From Spirogloea muscicola (Eukaryota), in the NCBI GenBank assembly GCA_009602725.1, contig WELB01000010.1:818965-882964 (forward strand): a stretch of DNA of 64,000 nt, written 5' to 3'. The notes under the pieces were generated by a model. The model was not told the origin of the DNA. It did no database searches and saw only the letters and a program-made list of their open reading frames with translations. Of this stretch, positions 27,860 to 40,399 are shown in pieces. A program made the position numbers and the translations under genes. Numbering within the stretch: the stretch's first letter is position 1; the number at the start of each line of letters is the position of its first letter.

Positions 27860-29163
27860 GAGTGAGCATGAAGGAGAGCCAATCTCTCTTGCTCCGACGA
27901 CCTCTTCCGGTGGCCTCCACCATCTCCAGTCGCTTCATCCTGAGGGGCCAGGCTGTTTTAGCACCCGCCATAGCGGGTGTTGCAACAGGGAACCTGCCCT
28001 TCCAGCTTTCTCTAACCGCAGCACTACGTGACCTCTCGCGCTGCTTACCAACGCTTGCAGAGGGTCATGCAGGTTTTGCGGCATGGGCACGCTGTTCTGA
28101 CAGGAAAGCGCAGGGCCTTCACTCTCACGCTGCGGACGTGCAGGCCGCCTCTGAATTGCAGGGACTGCTCAAGGACGATGGACGTGGCCTCACCCGGCTC
28201 CTCTCCATCAGCTCCCCAGGCGCGTCGGAGTGGTTAAATGCTCTGCCGATATGCGAGTCCCTTCGGCTCTCAGACAACCTGTTTCGTACCGCGGCCATCA
28301 CCACCTCGGCCTCCCCCCCCCTTGCTTGGCTGGCATCCGCCAGTGCGAGTGTGGCCACATTGCCGATGACAAGCTCGCCCTAGCTGCGCACATGCTGAGG
28401 TGTGCTGAGGGGGGTGAGCGCATTGCCTCCCACGACTTACTCAGGGATACAATGTTTGGAATTTTGCGAGAGGCGGGGTATCATCCGGCGATGGAGGTGT
28501 CCGGCATCATGCCAATCTCCTTCATGCGCGGCAAGCCACACGTGCGGCGTCTGGACGTGGTCGCCACCCCCCGGGGCGGTGGGCCTCGTCTGCTCCTGGA
28601 CGTGGTACTGATCGACGCATACAAGGCTGGCGCACCCACGTCAACCGTGTCTGGCTGGGCCACATCCAGCGCGGAGCGCAAGAAGGAGCGGCACTACCAG
28701 GACCATCCCCGAGGGGACCATCTTTACCCGTGTGCCGTGGATATCTACGGCGGCTACGGCGTGAAATGGTCCTCCCTGATCCAGCATCTGGCCCGGCTGG
28801 TTGATGCGCGTCGTAAAAGTCGGGGGGGCAGCTTGGGCCACTCCAGCATTCCACAGGCCTTAATTGCATATTATAGAATGCGGCTCTTGCTTTATCTGCT
28901 GCGCTCGCAAGCATTGGCTCTTCATCAACGTGCAGGGCGCGCTCTAAGTCAGGCCTCCGGCTTTCGTGGCGGCGCTCCAGCTCCCCAAGTTAGCTTGTCC
29001 GATTTGTTTGTGCTCTCCCGTGGGTATCAATGTCACCTTAGGCACCTTAATTTAGGTCTCTGTATTATGAAGCCTTGTTTAATTTGCACTCGCCTCTGCT
29101 TGAACTGTGTATTGGCTTGAATTGGCCTCCCTTTTCATTTCATGCGCCCCGCGCGCCTTTCTC
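27860..29163 (+). mobile_element. 5'-truncated CRE-like non-LTR retrotransposon (RLE domain, decayed)
   Basis: SSPGASEWLNALP, CECG..AAHMLRC..GER...HDLLRD, RRLDVV...LLLDV, ERKKERHY, YPCAVDIYGG and LSDLFVLSRGY. The 3'UTR ends CATGCGCCCCGCGCGCCTTTCTC. Confidence 0.85.
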
Positions 29164-30006
29164 TTCCGGACTGCCGTCCACCATCATCTCGGCCTCCCTC
29201 CACTTTGCTTGGCTAGCATTCGACAGTGCGAATGTGGCCATCATCTGGAGGATGAGATCTCTTTGGCAGCGCACATGCTTCGATGTGTTGAGGGGAATTA
29301 ACGTAATGCCTCTCACAATTTTCTCAGAGACAATATATATGGCTTGGTGCGCAGGGCAGGTTACCATGCGGCCATGGAGGTGCCGGGCATCATGCCGGTA
29401 TTCCAGAAGCGCGGAAGGCCTTACATCAGGCGTCTGGATGTGGTTGGGACCCCCCGGAGCGGTGGGCCTCGTCTCCTCCTTGACGTCGTTCTCATCGACG
29501 CATTCCAATCAGGGGCACCCACACCGTCCGTGCCAGGTTGGGCGACAAGTCATGTGGAGAGGAAGAAGGAAAGGCACTATAATGACCACCCCCGAGGCGA
29601 CCACTTCTTCCCAAGCGCCATGGACATATACGGCGGCTACGAAACGAAGTGGTCTTCCCTCCTTCATCGCCTGGCACTGCATGTCGATGCCCGCCGACGT
29701 AGTCGGGCTGGTAGCTCAGGGCATTCTAGCGTCCCGCAAGCCATCATTGCATGCTATGGGATGCGGCTAAGTTTGAGTCCACAGCGCTCCTAGGCACTCG
29801 CGATACACCAGCATGCTGGTCGTGCATTAGCCTAGGCTCATGGCTTCTGTGGTGGTGGTTTGGCTCCTCAGCTTAGCTTGTCAGACATGCATGTGCTCAC
29901 TATATTAGTGTCCCCCTTAGCCAGCTCAATACCATGTAAACAGGACATTTGTAAGGCTAGAATTGGCCTCCCTTTTTATTTCATGCGTACCACGCGCCTT
30001 CTCTCT
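29164..30006 (+). mobile_element. Second 5'-truncated CRE-like copy joined directly to the 3' end of the previous one
   Basis: FRTAVHHHLGLPP, CECGHH..AAHMLRC, RRLDVV..LLLDV and ERKKERHY, with in-frame stops. Ends CATGCGTACCACGCGCCTTCTCTC. Confidence 0.85.
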
Positions 30007-30164
30007 TGCCTGGGTGGTGTGTCTGCCTGCCCTGAGCAAGGCCCAAAACCGACTTCCGCGGTGCTCCAGTTGTCTAAGTTAGCCTGTCCGACTTGCATAT
30101 ATGCTCACTCGTTGGGCATCTACGCTTACTCGTTGTTACCAGGCCCCCCTTCAGCTGTAAATAG

Positions 30165-30345
30165 TATTCGTGTATTGAAACAAACGAAGGCCAAAATGGC
30201 CAAGTACAAAGGCAAGCACATCTTATGACGTACATCACCCATTGCAGATTGACCTGCTCAGTAATCACGGATGAATGGTAGCAGAAGAACGACGCTTCCA
30301 GGAGAGGGCGGTGGCTGGGAGAGGCCAGCCCACACAAAGACATTG
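30165..30345 (-). mobile_element. Retroelement 3' fragments, tail-to-tail with 29164-30006
   Basis: Reverse complement reads ...TTACTGAGCAGGTC...GTGCTTGCCTTTGTACTTGGCC...TTCAATACACGAA, as at 20524-20580 and 52702-52800. Confidence 0.7.
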
Positions 30346-30738
30346 AACAAGGGAGACCGCAGCGGAAGCGTGGTGGGCCTATAACCTGATAAATTGTCCT
30401 GCGCCGGCCGCTGCTGTACCTGCTCCTGTCTGCTGTAATCAGCATCCTCAGATTCTTCCTTTCTCAGTCGGAGGCCTCCGTCGGACGTTTGCGCTTGTCC
30501 ACGGGCCCAGCAGACTGCCCTCGTCGCGGCGGCACAGATGCAGATGCACTCATGGTGGCGGACAGACTCAGATCTCAGACAGGCAGTCAGATGTACACAG
30601 GCTGCGCCCTCACTTAAGGTGGGTGGCAGCCATGGCTAGGGCGCACGGGAGCACCGCGTGGCCTCAGACGTGGAGAGTGAGCCCGATGGGTGCCCGAGGC
30701 CTCCCTTCTCCAGGGGAGGCTCTCCCTGGACTCTCCCT

Positions 30739-31047
30739 GGGCTCATCCTCCTCCTTTCTGCATTCGCGCACTCTCATGCTGAGATGAAACGCCCCTTCAG
30801 TTCCTCTGCTTTCAAACTTGTTTTTCAGATGAGCCCAGATTCCGCTGGCCAGAGACTAGTTGACATCACCAATCACTTCTTCATCAGACAGATTTGCCAC
30901 AAGAATCGCTGAGGCTGAAATGTTCACTCGAGAGAAGGGCCGACAGAGCCCTTGATCGGCAGGATAGCACTCCAAACGTTCTGAAACTGAATCAGCTTTG
31001 TCATCTCGTACTTCCTAAACAGCCAGTTGGTATCTCTAGCTAGCTTG
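30739..31047 (-). mobile_element. Inverted diverged copy of the copia gag 5' region (31095-31402)
   Basis: Reverse complement aligns by eye: AAGCTAGCTAGAGATACCAACTGGCT...GCAAATCTGTCTGATGAAGAAGTGATTGGT...GCAGAAAGGAGGAGGATGAGCCC. Confidence 0.8.
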
Positions 31048-31094
31048 GCCCACCACCAGGAGGTTCGCTAGGCTCGGCCCTGTTCTCAAACCGA

Positions 31095-32130
31095 AGCTAG
31101 CTAGAGATACCAACTGGCTACTTTGGAAGCAGAAAATGACAAAGCTGCTTCACTTTACAGAACGTTTGGATTGCTGTTGAGCCTCCTGCCGGTCGAGGGC
31201 TCTGTCGGCCCCTCTATCGAGAGAACATTACAGCCTCGGCGATTCTTATGGCAAATCTGTCTGATGAAGAAGTGATTGGTGTTGTCAACAAGTCTTTGGC
31301 CAGCAGATCATTTGATAGTTAAGTTTGAAATCAGAGGAACTGACAGGGCGTATTATCTCAGCATGAGATTGCTCAAATGCAGAAAGGAGGAGGATGAGCC
31401 CATACAAGGCTTGTGAACCGAGTGAAATCATTGGCTCTTCAGCCGCAGGACTCTGGAGAGGAGGTTCCAGCACGACATCAAGTTCTCTCTATTTTGATGG
31501 GACTTCCACAGGAGTATGATGCTCTTTGAGACTCTTTTCAAACGGTCAACAAGGATGACCTGACTGTTGCTTCTGTGCTGACTCGTCTCTTACATAATGA
31601 GCGAGCATTGGAGGAGCAAAATCGCAATCTGACAGGTATTTGACGGGACATCTGACAGGCAATCTGACAGGACATCTGACAGGTAATCTGACAGGACCTC
31701 TGACAGGTACAGAGGCAGCGGTGATTGCCAGACGCAAGTCTGAAGGAGACCTGCACCAACATCTGCACCAATCCAGAGTCCACCGGCAAACTTCTAACTG
31801 CCAACTTCGGAGAGAGAGTGGTGATAGTAGTCGTCTGACTGAAGATTAATTTGCAGGATGGAACAGGAATCCTATATACCCAAGGACATGTTTCTACTGT
31901 CGTGAACTTGGACATGTAATCAATGACTGCCCAAAGAAGAAAGCTCTGGAGTTTGATGGCTACAGTAGAAGAGGAAGAAACAGAAATGCTGGAGGACAGG
32001 CAAATCTGGCAAGAAAATCTGATAGGCCAAGTTGTGGAAGCTGGCTGATCGATAGTGGAGCATCCCATCATCTAACTTACAGGCGGGATTGGCTCCATGA
32101 TTATAATCATGTTCCGGCCTTCAGGGCGAT
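31095..32130 (+). mobile_element. Ty1/copia LTR-retrotransposon gag-protease remnant
   Basis: NWLLWKQKM (gag N-terminus), ILMGLPQEY, zinc knuckle CFYCRELGHVINDCP and protease WLIDSGASHHLT. Frameshifts and stops are present, and no LTR was recognised. Confidence 0.8.
31628..31712 (+). repeat. ~12-bp tandem repeat (TCTGACAGGnnn) x~7 inside copia gag
   Basis: tctgacaggtat ttgacgggaca tctgacaggcaa tctgacaggaca tctgacaggtaa tctgacaggacc tctgacaggtac. Confidence 0.85.
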
Positions 32131-32174
32131 GACAGTGTGCAGCCTGCTGTGAGAAGAGGAGAAGTGCAGCTGTC

Positions 32175-32402
32175 ACAACCTGGCCTGACAGAAATTCTTG
32201 ACAGGTATGCGTGTCCTTCAGCATGTCTGTTTCTTCCTCTTCTACTGTAGCCATCAAACTCCAGATTTCTTCTCTGGGCATTCATTGATCACATGTCCAA
32301 GTTCACAACAATAGAAACATGTTCTTGAGTACATAGGAATCCTGTTCCATCCTGAAAATTGATCTTCAGTCAGACGACTACTACCACCTCCGCCGGAGTC
32401 CA
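32175..32402 (-). mobile_element. Inverted copy of the copia zinc-knuckle region (~31785-32040)
   Basis: The minus strand encodes CFYCCELGHVINECPEKK and SLMATVEEEET, matching the plus-strand copy. Confidence 0.8.
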
Positions 32403-33299
32403 CCCCTTCCCAGACCTTCCCCGTGGCGAACCTGTGCTTAGCTCGTAGCCTTAGCAATAGCCAAATAATCGCTCTGCTTTCTTAGACCCTCCCAGACGAG
32501 AGCTTCACTTCGTGTGGCCCCAATTTTCCCACTCACTTTGCCCTTTGCATAATCTGTCTTGTCTCGGCTTGCCTCTCTTCATCTATGCGCGATTGCGCGC
32601 CTTCTCTCCCACGCCTGCAAATCGGGAGCATAGTAGCGCCCCGGTTACTTGATCAGTAAAGATTGCTCACTGTACTATGGATTGACGCCATTGAGAAGAA
32701 AATCAACGGGGGCAATGGCTGTAAGAGGCCAGGTCACAAAATGTTGGGACAAGGTTTGAAGGGAAAGCGCAAATCGCTCAGCTGCGCAAGTGGTACTATG
32801 AATGACAGCAGATGGCCACAAGTACATATTGGTCAGTGCCTGGAAAAAGGGGGAGCTGTCGGAGCTGGGACCCTTAGGCAAAGAAGCCTCACCCGCCGCC
32901 CTGAAACACCTGACATTTACTTAGAGTTAAGGCGGGACAACCCAGCTTTGGCGAGGTGCAAACCTATCAAAAGATCGGCTTGCTGCTTATTGAAACCCCG
33001 GGGAGACCACTGCCACGACGGTGGCAGCTGCCACGCCCTCGGGTGACACCCCTGCCTGCAGAAGCTCCGCATAGGCCACCATACGCAGCCAGCCGGCATG
33101 CTGCAGGGGGGCGAAGCGAAGCACAGGCGAAAAATACAGGGGCGACTTTTTGCATAAAGACCTCCGTTTTTTGTGTAAATTAAGTTTTACTGCGTTTTCA
33201 GGTTAATTTCTACGCGCTTAAGGCCAGGCCGAACTTCATGATGCCGCCCTAATTTTATGACATGGCCGTGTAAACGCTATCGCTAGCGCTTGTATGCTG

Positions 33300-34680
33300 G
33301 AACATCTATGGCGGCTCACTCTCTATGGCGGCTAAGAGGTCCTCCCTCCTTTATCGCCCAGCCCAGCTGGTAAATGCACGTTGTCTTGGTCGGGTCGATA
33401 GCTTAGGGCATACTTGTGTCCCGCAAGCATTTGTTGCTCAACACAGAATGCGACTATTGCTTTATTTGCAGCTTTCCCAGGCTCTAACCATACATCAGCT
33501 TGCTGGTCGCGCAGCACTGGCTTGCGTTGTTGTGCTCCCGGTCCCCAGAGTGGTCAGTCAGATGTTTATGTGCTCACTCTAGAGAATACTGGAGTCCCCT
33601 GTAAAACTTCTGCAACATTCTGTTTCGTTAGCCCCACTATAAATTGTTGTTCTTACGAACAGTTTACTTACTTGGTTTTGGGCCTCCTCCTCCACCCGGC
33701 GGGTGATACCTTTTACCCCCTGGCCATGGACATCCATGGGTGTTACGGGGGTCGGTGGTCCTCGTTACTTTCGCTGCTGGCATCTCAAGCTGACCAGCGG
33801 CGCCGGGAACAGGGTGCAGCCCTTCCCGGTGGCTCGGTGCCTTTGGGTCTTGTGTCCTGCTACCGTATGCGTTTGTCTATGTCGCTACAGCGTTCCCAAG
33901 CGCTTGCTTTGCATCGCCGCGCTGGTCGTGCCCTTGCAGCAGCCTCTGGCTTGCGCAGCGGGGTTGCTCTTCCTCCCCTCAGCTCATCTGACTTCCTACT
34001 GCTGACACGGGGTTACTAAGAGCGCCCTGGCTGTCTAGCCTGTGGCTCCGTCATGAACACCTGTATGCATCTGGCTGGCTTTCACAGCCGCTCTTTTAAT
34101 ATCAGCAGCCGCTTGACTTCTCGGGCCTTCAGCTGCTCAACAGAGGTATCCTCTACCCGAAGTTACTGAGTGCTTCGGGTCACTTGATCCACGGTGTCCT
34201 TCAAAGCTTGCTCTGGCCCCCTCGATCATTAATTCTGGGCTGGCCTCTTGACAGCCACCGCCCTCTACTGGCACTTCTGACACTTTCTGCTGCATGGGTC
34301 CTCGCTTCCATACCCTACTGGAAATATGGCAAGTTTGCGGTATGCTCGACGTGAGGATATGCTTCCAGCTCAGATGGGCATGCCGGCAGCCTACTTGTCA
34401 TTCTTGCGACGTTGTGTGTCAGCTTGTCTGCAGCGAGCTCAGGCTTATGCGTTGCATCAGAAAGCTGGTCGAGCCTTAGCTGGTAGCTCAAGAGCTTGTC
34501 GGTTGCCGTCCAGTATTCGGGCATCAGTTAGCGACCTCTATGTGCTGACTCGTGGTTACTGAGCGGGTCAGCTTAGCAGCAGGTGACGTACATTTGTAAA
34601 TGTGCTTGCCTTTGTACTTGGCCAAACAGGCCCTCCATCTCTTAGTACACACTCCATTCTACTGGAAGCGTCTTCGTCAC
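33300..34680 (+). mobile_element. Head-to-tail stack of at least three CRE-like 3' fragments from different families
   Basis: HRMRLLLYLQLSQAL..AGRA (33300-33600), FYPLAMDIHG..SLQRSQALALHRRAGRAL..SDFLLLTRGY* (33700-34019) and LQRAQAYALHQKAGRAL..SDLYVLTRGY* (to 34562), each with its own 3'UTR. Confidence 0.85.
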
Positions 34681-35120
34681 TTTTTTCTGGTTTTCCTCTT
34701 CACTGGATGCGCCTTCTCTCCCTCAACAGCATCGAAGCTCGGCGGCGGAGGCACGTCTTAGCGGGCCAGTCGTCTTCTACCGCTGCTGCCGCTGGTTTGC
34801 TGCTGGGAGCTGGCGTCCCGGGCGGCCTGAAGCACCGTTGCAGGACGGGCGGCGACGGCCGCGGCAGCTGCGTTCTGCGGTCCTGCAACCCTCCGGCTGT
34901 CAAAGCGCCTGCGAGGCGTTGAGCTGGTCGCCGGAGGTCGTCACTTGCTCGTGCCGCCTGGCGGGTGTCAATTGGCTGCCTAACGGCAGCACAGCGGTTA
35001 GCGCAGCCCGATCCCACTGGTTGGCGCTCAGGGCAAAAGCGAGTTGATGGCAACGACCCAGCGGCCGGGCTGTCTCCACCATTGCCATTGGCGCCTCCGG
35101 GCGAGTGATGCTGCAGGGAC

Positions 35121-35258
35121 ATGGCTGCCTCTGCTGGGTACATTGTTGCGCCAGTGACGACAGGCAAGGTCGCGCTGGCAGCCTTCCTCGTCGGTGTGTT
35201 TGTTGGGTACCACCTCAAGGGCACCATCAGCCGCGGTGTGGAGCGGCTGCTAAGGAGG
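35121..35258 (+). CDS. Exon of a small single-TM protein (unknown function)
   Basis: MAASAGYIVAPVTTGKVALAAFLVGVFVGYHLKGTISRGVERLLRR, flanked by a CAG acceptor and a GTGAG donor. Hydrophobic helix followed by a basic tail. Confidence 0.45.
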
Positions 35259-37086
35259 GTGAGCTTGCTCCCCAAACTCTGAAGCCTTAACCCTGAATCC
35301 TGCTTCATGTCCACCACCTGCATGAGCAGTGACGGAAAACCTCAGGAGATGCTGAAAATATCAGATGCTGCCTGTAGCCTCGTTGCTTCACTGGCTAAGG
35401 CTCGGCCTGAGCCTGGAACTGTCACGCAGATTGCCTAGTGGGCATGCCTCTACCTCGAGGTAGTGCAACTTGCTGAGACTGCACCTGGACTCACCTGGCC
35501 TGCTTGGACCAATCTTCTGCCGCTTGAGGTTGCCTTGCAATTCGTATGCCTTACAAGGTGGTGCTGCAGAAGTCGTGAATGGTCGTCGAGGCAGTGTAGG
35601 CTTGCCTGAAAGAGTTGAAGAGTTATTGTGCTGGTTGTAAGGCAGCTCGCCTGTCACAAGCCTGCCGTTCTATCATGGGGCTCCCTGTTCTAGCTGCTAG
35701 AAGACTGCTTGAGCTTGTGTTGCTTGATACTCTCATGTGAAAAAGAAGCTGGATTGCAGTACGTGGACTCGGGCCTGCTCATGTTCCTGTATTCCGCATG
35801 GTCAATTTAGCAATTCACAGGTTGCAGTGACTAGAATGTCACGTGTGAACTGTTGAAAAATAAACTTCTTCATCATCTTCTCATCCTCCTCATCATCTAA
35901 GGTTGCCAAGCTGAGCTTGGCAATTCTATGCATCTTCTCACGTAGCTGCCTAAGTATTTTATGATTCTGCCAGCCTGTGAAGCCGATGTGATGTTGGATT
36001 TATGTGTGCTACAGCAAATTCAATTGCTGTGGCAATTACTATCTCTTGGTAGGGTGCTCATTGTCAATGCAATGTGAAATAATGGGGAACTCTGGGACCA
36101 CCATTTGGCAAGTGCAAGGCCTGCTGTGTGACAGCTCTCATGGCTTCTGTAGAAGCGAGCCTGTTACTGGTAGAAGCAATTACTCTATAAGCATACACAA
36201 TTTTAGGTAGTATATTGGAGCAATTTGCCGCATTATCCAACATCTCTTTTTTTGTTGGGGCTCTTCTTTTCTCAATCGTCATGTAAATTCACAGTACTCA
36301 CTGCAGCTCTCTTCCTGATCCATATACACTCAATATGGGAGGCACTAGTTGTGCTGAGTGCTTCTATTTCGAACCTGCACTGCTTGCACCGTAAATTACA
36401 CCACTTTGCCAACAGTCTGTTGCCTGGTTTCATCTGCCTTGCGGTAAGTACAGAAGTGTGATGTCATCCATTCAGGGCAGTGTCTTCTTTGATCAGTGCC
36501 GCAGCTAGGCGCACTAGCCGTGGTTGAAGGCGGCTTGGCACGTGCATCTTTGCTCGGTGTATGGATAGTCACTGCTATACAGCGATAAGTGCTTGAGTGC
36601 AAATCCATATGCCGAGCAATACAAACAGGTGTTCCCACTTGCCAGCTCTACACTAACAGATATTACAAGCATCAGCGTTAATCCTTTACGTACTCTGAGA
36701 TAGGGCGATCAAAGAATAGCAATTGTGCTACATAAGAGCTGCCAGAAAGCGCACAGTGAGCTATACTAGCATATAAAAAACTTCAACGAGCCTTCCTACC
36801 CTGCTGCCCAGCTCTCAATGAGATATGTTCCCATTTGCCAGCCTCCACATAGACAGGGAACGCAAGCATCAGCTTAGATCCTAAATGTGATTTGAGATGG
36901 GGCAATTCATTTAGCTCCTGTGCTATAGGGCAAGTTGCCAATAGCACACAGTCAGCTACCTCTGTTACAACAGACCAGAACCAATGGTCTTCCTACCAAG
37001 CTGCCCGAGAAGCCCCGTGCCTCCTGTCAGAGCCGCATTTCCGCAAGGCTCAGCTGGCTACAGATTCTACGTGTACGACAACATAA

Positions 37087-40000
37087 TCACTTGATGTCCA
37101 CAATCTTAATGACTGCAGCATTACCAATGCGGTGCAAGGCTACTATGGAGTCTCCGATCTTGCACAAACTCCTGTCTTTGGCGAATTCGAGAGCAGCATT
37201 CAGTATCTCATCCGTAGTATCGGAGTCTGTGGCCTTTGCAGCTCCCTCGGCGAGGAGAGGGATAAGCCCTCTGCAGATAAGGCTGCACGGTAATGCCCAG
37301 AAGCCTTCCTCAGACCAAAGGCTATGAAGGACCCCTCAGTTGACCATTTGCCTACTGTCTCCAAGTTACTCCATGTGCTGCTGCTTCACTAGCTAGATGC
37401 AGTATGCGTGGATGCTAAGTGCATTCCAACGGAGTTGTACATCACCATTGTATATTTGAAAGGACAAACCTGTGACGTGCTGGTGACTCCTCAGAGCAGG
37501 ACCAAGTCAGGTTGTCAGTGGTCAGCACTGGTACAGCCACAGAGAGGATTGGTATGGAAGGCCTGTATTTAGCCACCAGCTTGGCGGTGCTGCAATGTCA
37601 CAGAAGCACAGCACGAGAAGTCCATCCGCTCTTTGATCATGAGATTCTTATGTAGTATCCATGTTTGACACATAAGCATACATCTATGCAACTTCAATCA
37701 TCAAAGCATTTCCTTTCCTAGTGTCGCAGTAGTGCTGCAAGGCAGAGGCAAAGAAGAGCATACCTTCCACCTCTGGTGAGTACGACGATCAGTGCAGCCT
37801 GGACTTTGTTAGCTGTCCGTACTGCAGAAGATGCCAGACTCTCCAATGGGCTCATGGGCAATGGCGTCTCCCTTATAATGGACTGCATGACAATATTCCA
37901 ACATTTGTCAGGCTTGTCTTCTCTCTGTCAAGCATTTGCCTGATATTGCAATGCATGGCATTACACTTTTTGGATTTATTGCACTGTAAGCCACTGATGT
38001 CATGATAGTTAACGAACGTCCTTACTGCACATGCCTGCAAGTCTTTCTGTGGCTGTACCAGTGCTGACCACTGGTACATGTCAATCACACTGGACAATCC
38101 AGACATCCCAAAGTGAATGTATGACAAATACAATTGCACCAGATTAATGACTGCTGACCTTGAAAATTGCATGGTAATCCAAGGAAGCCTCTGCTTCCCT
38201 GCAGATACGTGACATGACTGTCACAGCCTCCTCTGGGTATGCACCAGCCGCAGTCTCGCCGCTGAGCATAACACAATCAGTGCCATCTAGGACAGCGTTA
38301 GCAACATCTGTTGCCTCAGCGCGTGTAGGCCTTGGAGACTTGATCATCGATTCCAACATTTGAGTTGCAGTGACCACTGGCTTCCCTGCCAATCAGAGTA
38401 GCAGCAAACATGACAGCATCAGCCTCTCATGGGTTTGACAAAGCCTTGTCATTGAGCACGAGCCACAGCTCATATCAGGAAACGTCCTTTCAGTAGCAGA
38501 GATTGCAGGCAAGCCAATACAGCATCTATACGTGCCTCTTTGCCCTTTGTTTCTGCATGTATCTTGAGGGCTTGCAAAGCCCACACAGTAATTGGAGCAA
38601 AACTGCAACTTGATAATTGACTGCCACATCCTACCTGCAGCGTTACATTTGTGGATCATCATTTTTTGTGCTAGGAAAATCTTCTCAGTGGGGATCTCCA
38701 TCCCCAGATCTCCACGGGCAACCATAATCCCGTCTGTTTCTGCCAGGATATCATCAAAATTGACTAGGCCCTCCTGATTCTCTACCTGATGAAGCATCAT
38801 GACAACAAGTCCCTTAGCAAAGACAAAAGGCTGACCTGAGCAAGACATAGATAATGCAAGCAAGGTACCGGCAAGAAGCACCCTCTATCAACCCTTGAAC
38901 CAGGCCTATACACTTGCAGTCTTGGACTCAAGCTTGTGTGCTGATGCACTGACACAGCTTCATGCAGGTCCGTCTCCGGGCTGACTGAAGCCTGTTACCT
39001 TAGAGACAATTTGAACTGTCCTGGCATGCGGGCCAAGAAGCTTGCGAATGTTGACAAGATCAGATCCCTTTCTTACGAAGGAAGCCGCAATGAAATCAAT
39101 CTTGTTAGGGACTCCCCACTCCAAAATGTCATTCTCGTCCTTCTCAGTGACAGTGGGCAAGTCCACAATAACTCCAGGTAAATTGACATTTTTCCGCTCT
39201 CCCAGCATCGCTGTATTCTCGCACTTACATCGTACTGTGCCTTTCTCCTCATCACAGGCTAAGACCCTGAGGGTCAGACTTCCGTCTGCACACAGTATCA
39301 CGCTTCCTGGCTGAACATCTGATGGGAGCCGCTTGTAGCTCATGGAGATGAGCTCATCATCACCCTGAATGCTGTAATCTGTGGTGATAGTGATCTCCTG
39401 ATTGCGTACAAGCTGGATGGGCTTCCCATCCTTCAGCATTCCCGTTCGTATCTCCGGGCCCTGCGTGCACACAAGGAGCACTATCTTGGAGTTACTATCT
39501 GCCCTACTTACTAGCCTTGGCTGGAAGAATGTCTGCTACACAAACTGTAAATCCTGCAGTTCCTTGATCACCCATTTCAAAGCAGCAGTGACGGATTCTC
39601 CACCAACTGTGTGATCTCATGCAACAGCATCTGTTTCTGCTGAAGGTAAGTGCATGCATAATCAACTGCATTGCTTTGTGATTGATGTGAAATTTCACAA
39701 CCAGGCAACAGGAGGAACAACTCGCTGTAACTCATGAGAAGACCAGCGTTGATGCGTTCTCTGATCTTAAGAAGAGTGAGCAGGTGAATCGCAAACAGCA
39801 ACTGAGACATGACTGCCCTGGGTCTAAGCTTTTGCACCTTGGTATCAAGCAGTACAGCGCACATGATCTGAGTGGACATCATCGCCTGGCGGAGAGCGTC
39901 GAGCGTCTCCTGGTGGTACTCGTGCGAGCCGTGCGAGAAGTTGAAGCGAGCCACATTCATCCCGGCGCGCAAGAGCTTCTCGAGGATGGGGACATCGCGG

Positions 40001-40092
40001 GACTTGGGCCCAAGGGTGCATATTATCTTGGTCTTGGCAACTGCCTGCGGTGAGCCGTGGAGGATGCTGTCGATGTCGATGTTGGCCGCCAT
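37087..40092 (-). CDS. Cytosolic pyruvate kinase (exons 40092-39838, 39460-38999, 38785-38635, 38385-38159, 37882-37764, 37589-37470, 37282-37087)
   Basis: [78 protein letters not shown] and MLSGETA. All junctions are GT-AG and in frame. Confidence 0.97.
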
Positions 40093-40399
40093 GGCGACGG
40101 TAGCCGGGCTGTGTTGTGGGCGAGGCCCGCCGCGTCCTCTGCCGTCGGGCGGCGCGCGCGGCGAGAGCGGCAGGTGCGCCGCCCGACTGGGCACAGGCAG
40201 CTCACGAGGCCACCCTCGAGAAGTTGACGCGGGGGCGGGTGATGAGCGCTAGGGCGCGCAACGCGGGCTTAAACTGGCGGTGGGTCTGGCAGGTCGCTTC
40301 CAGTGGTGGCGTTTGAGTCATTGAAGCCCGTCTCAGGCCGTCACGGCGCGGCCAAGCGGGGCGCCGCCAAATGTGGCGGCACGGTGAGGCACCACCAGG

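Noticed and set aside
32890..33290. Possible hAT/MITE terminus (CAGGGGGGCG, GCCGCCCT, AT-rich core)
   Set aside because: No convincing paired TIRs or TSD could be identified by eye.
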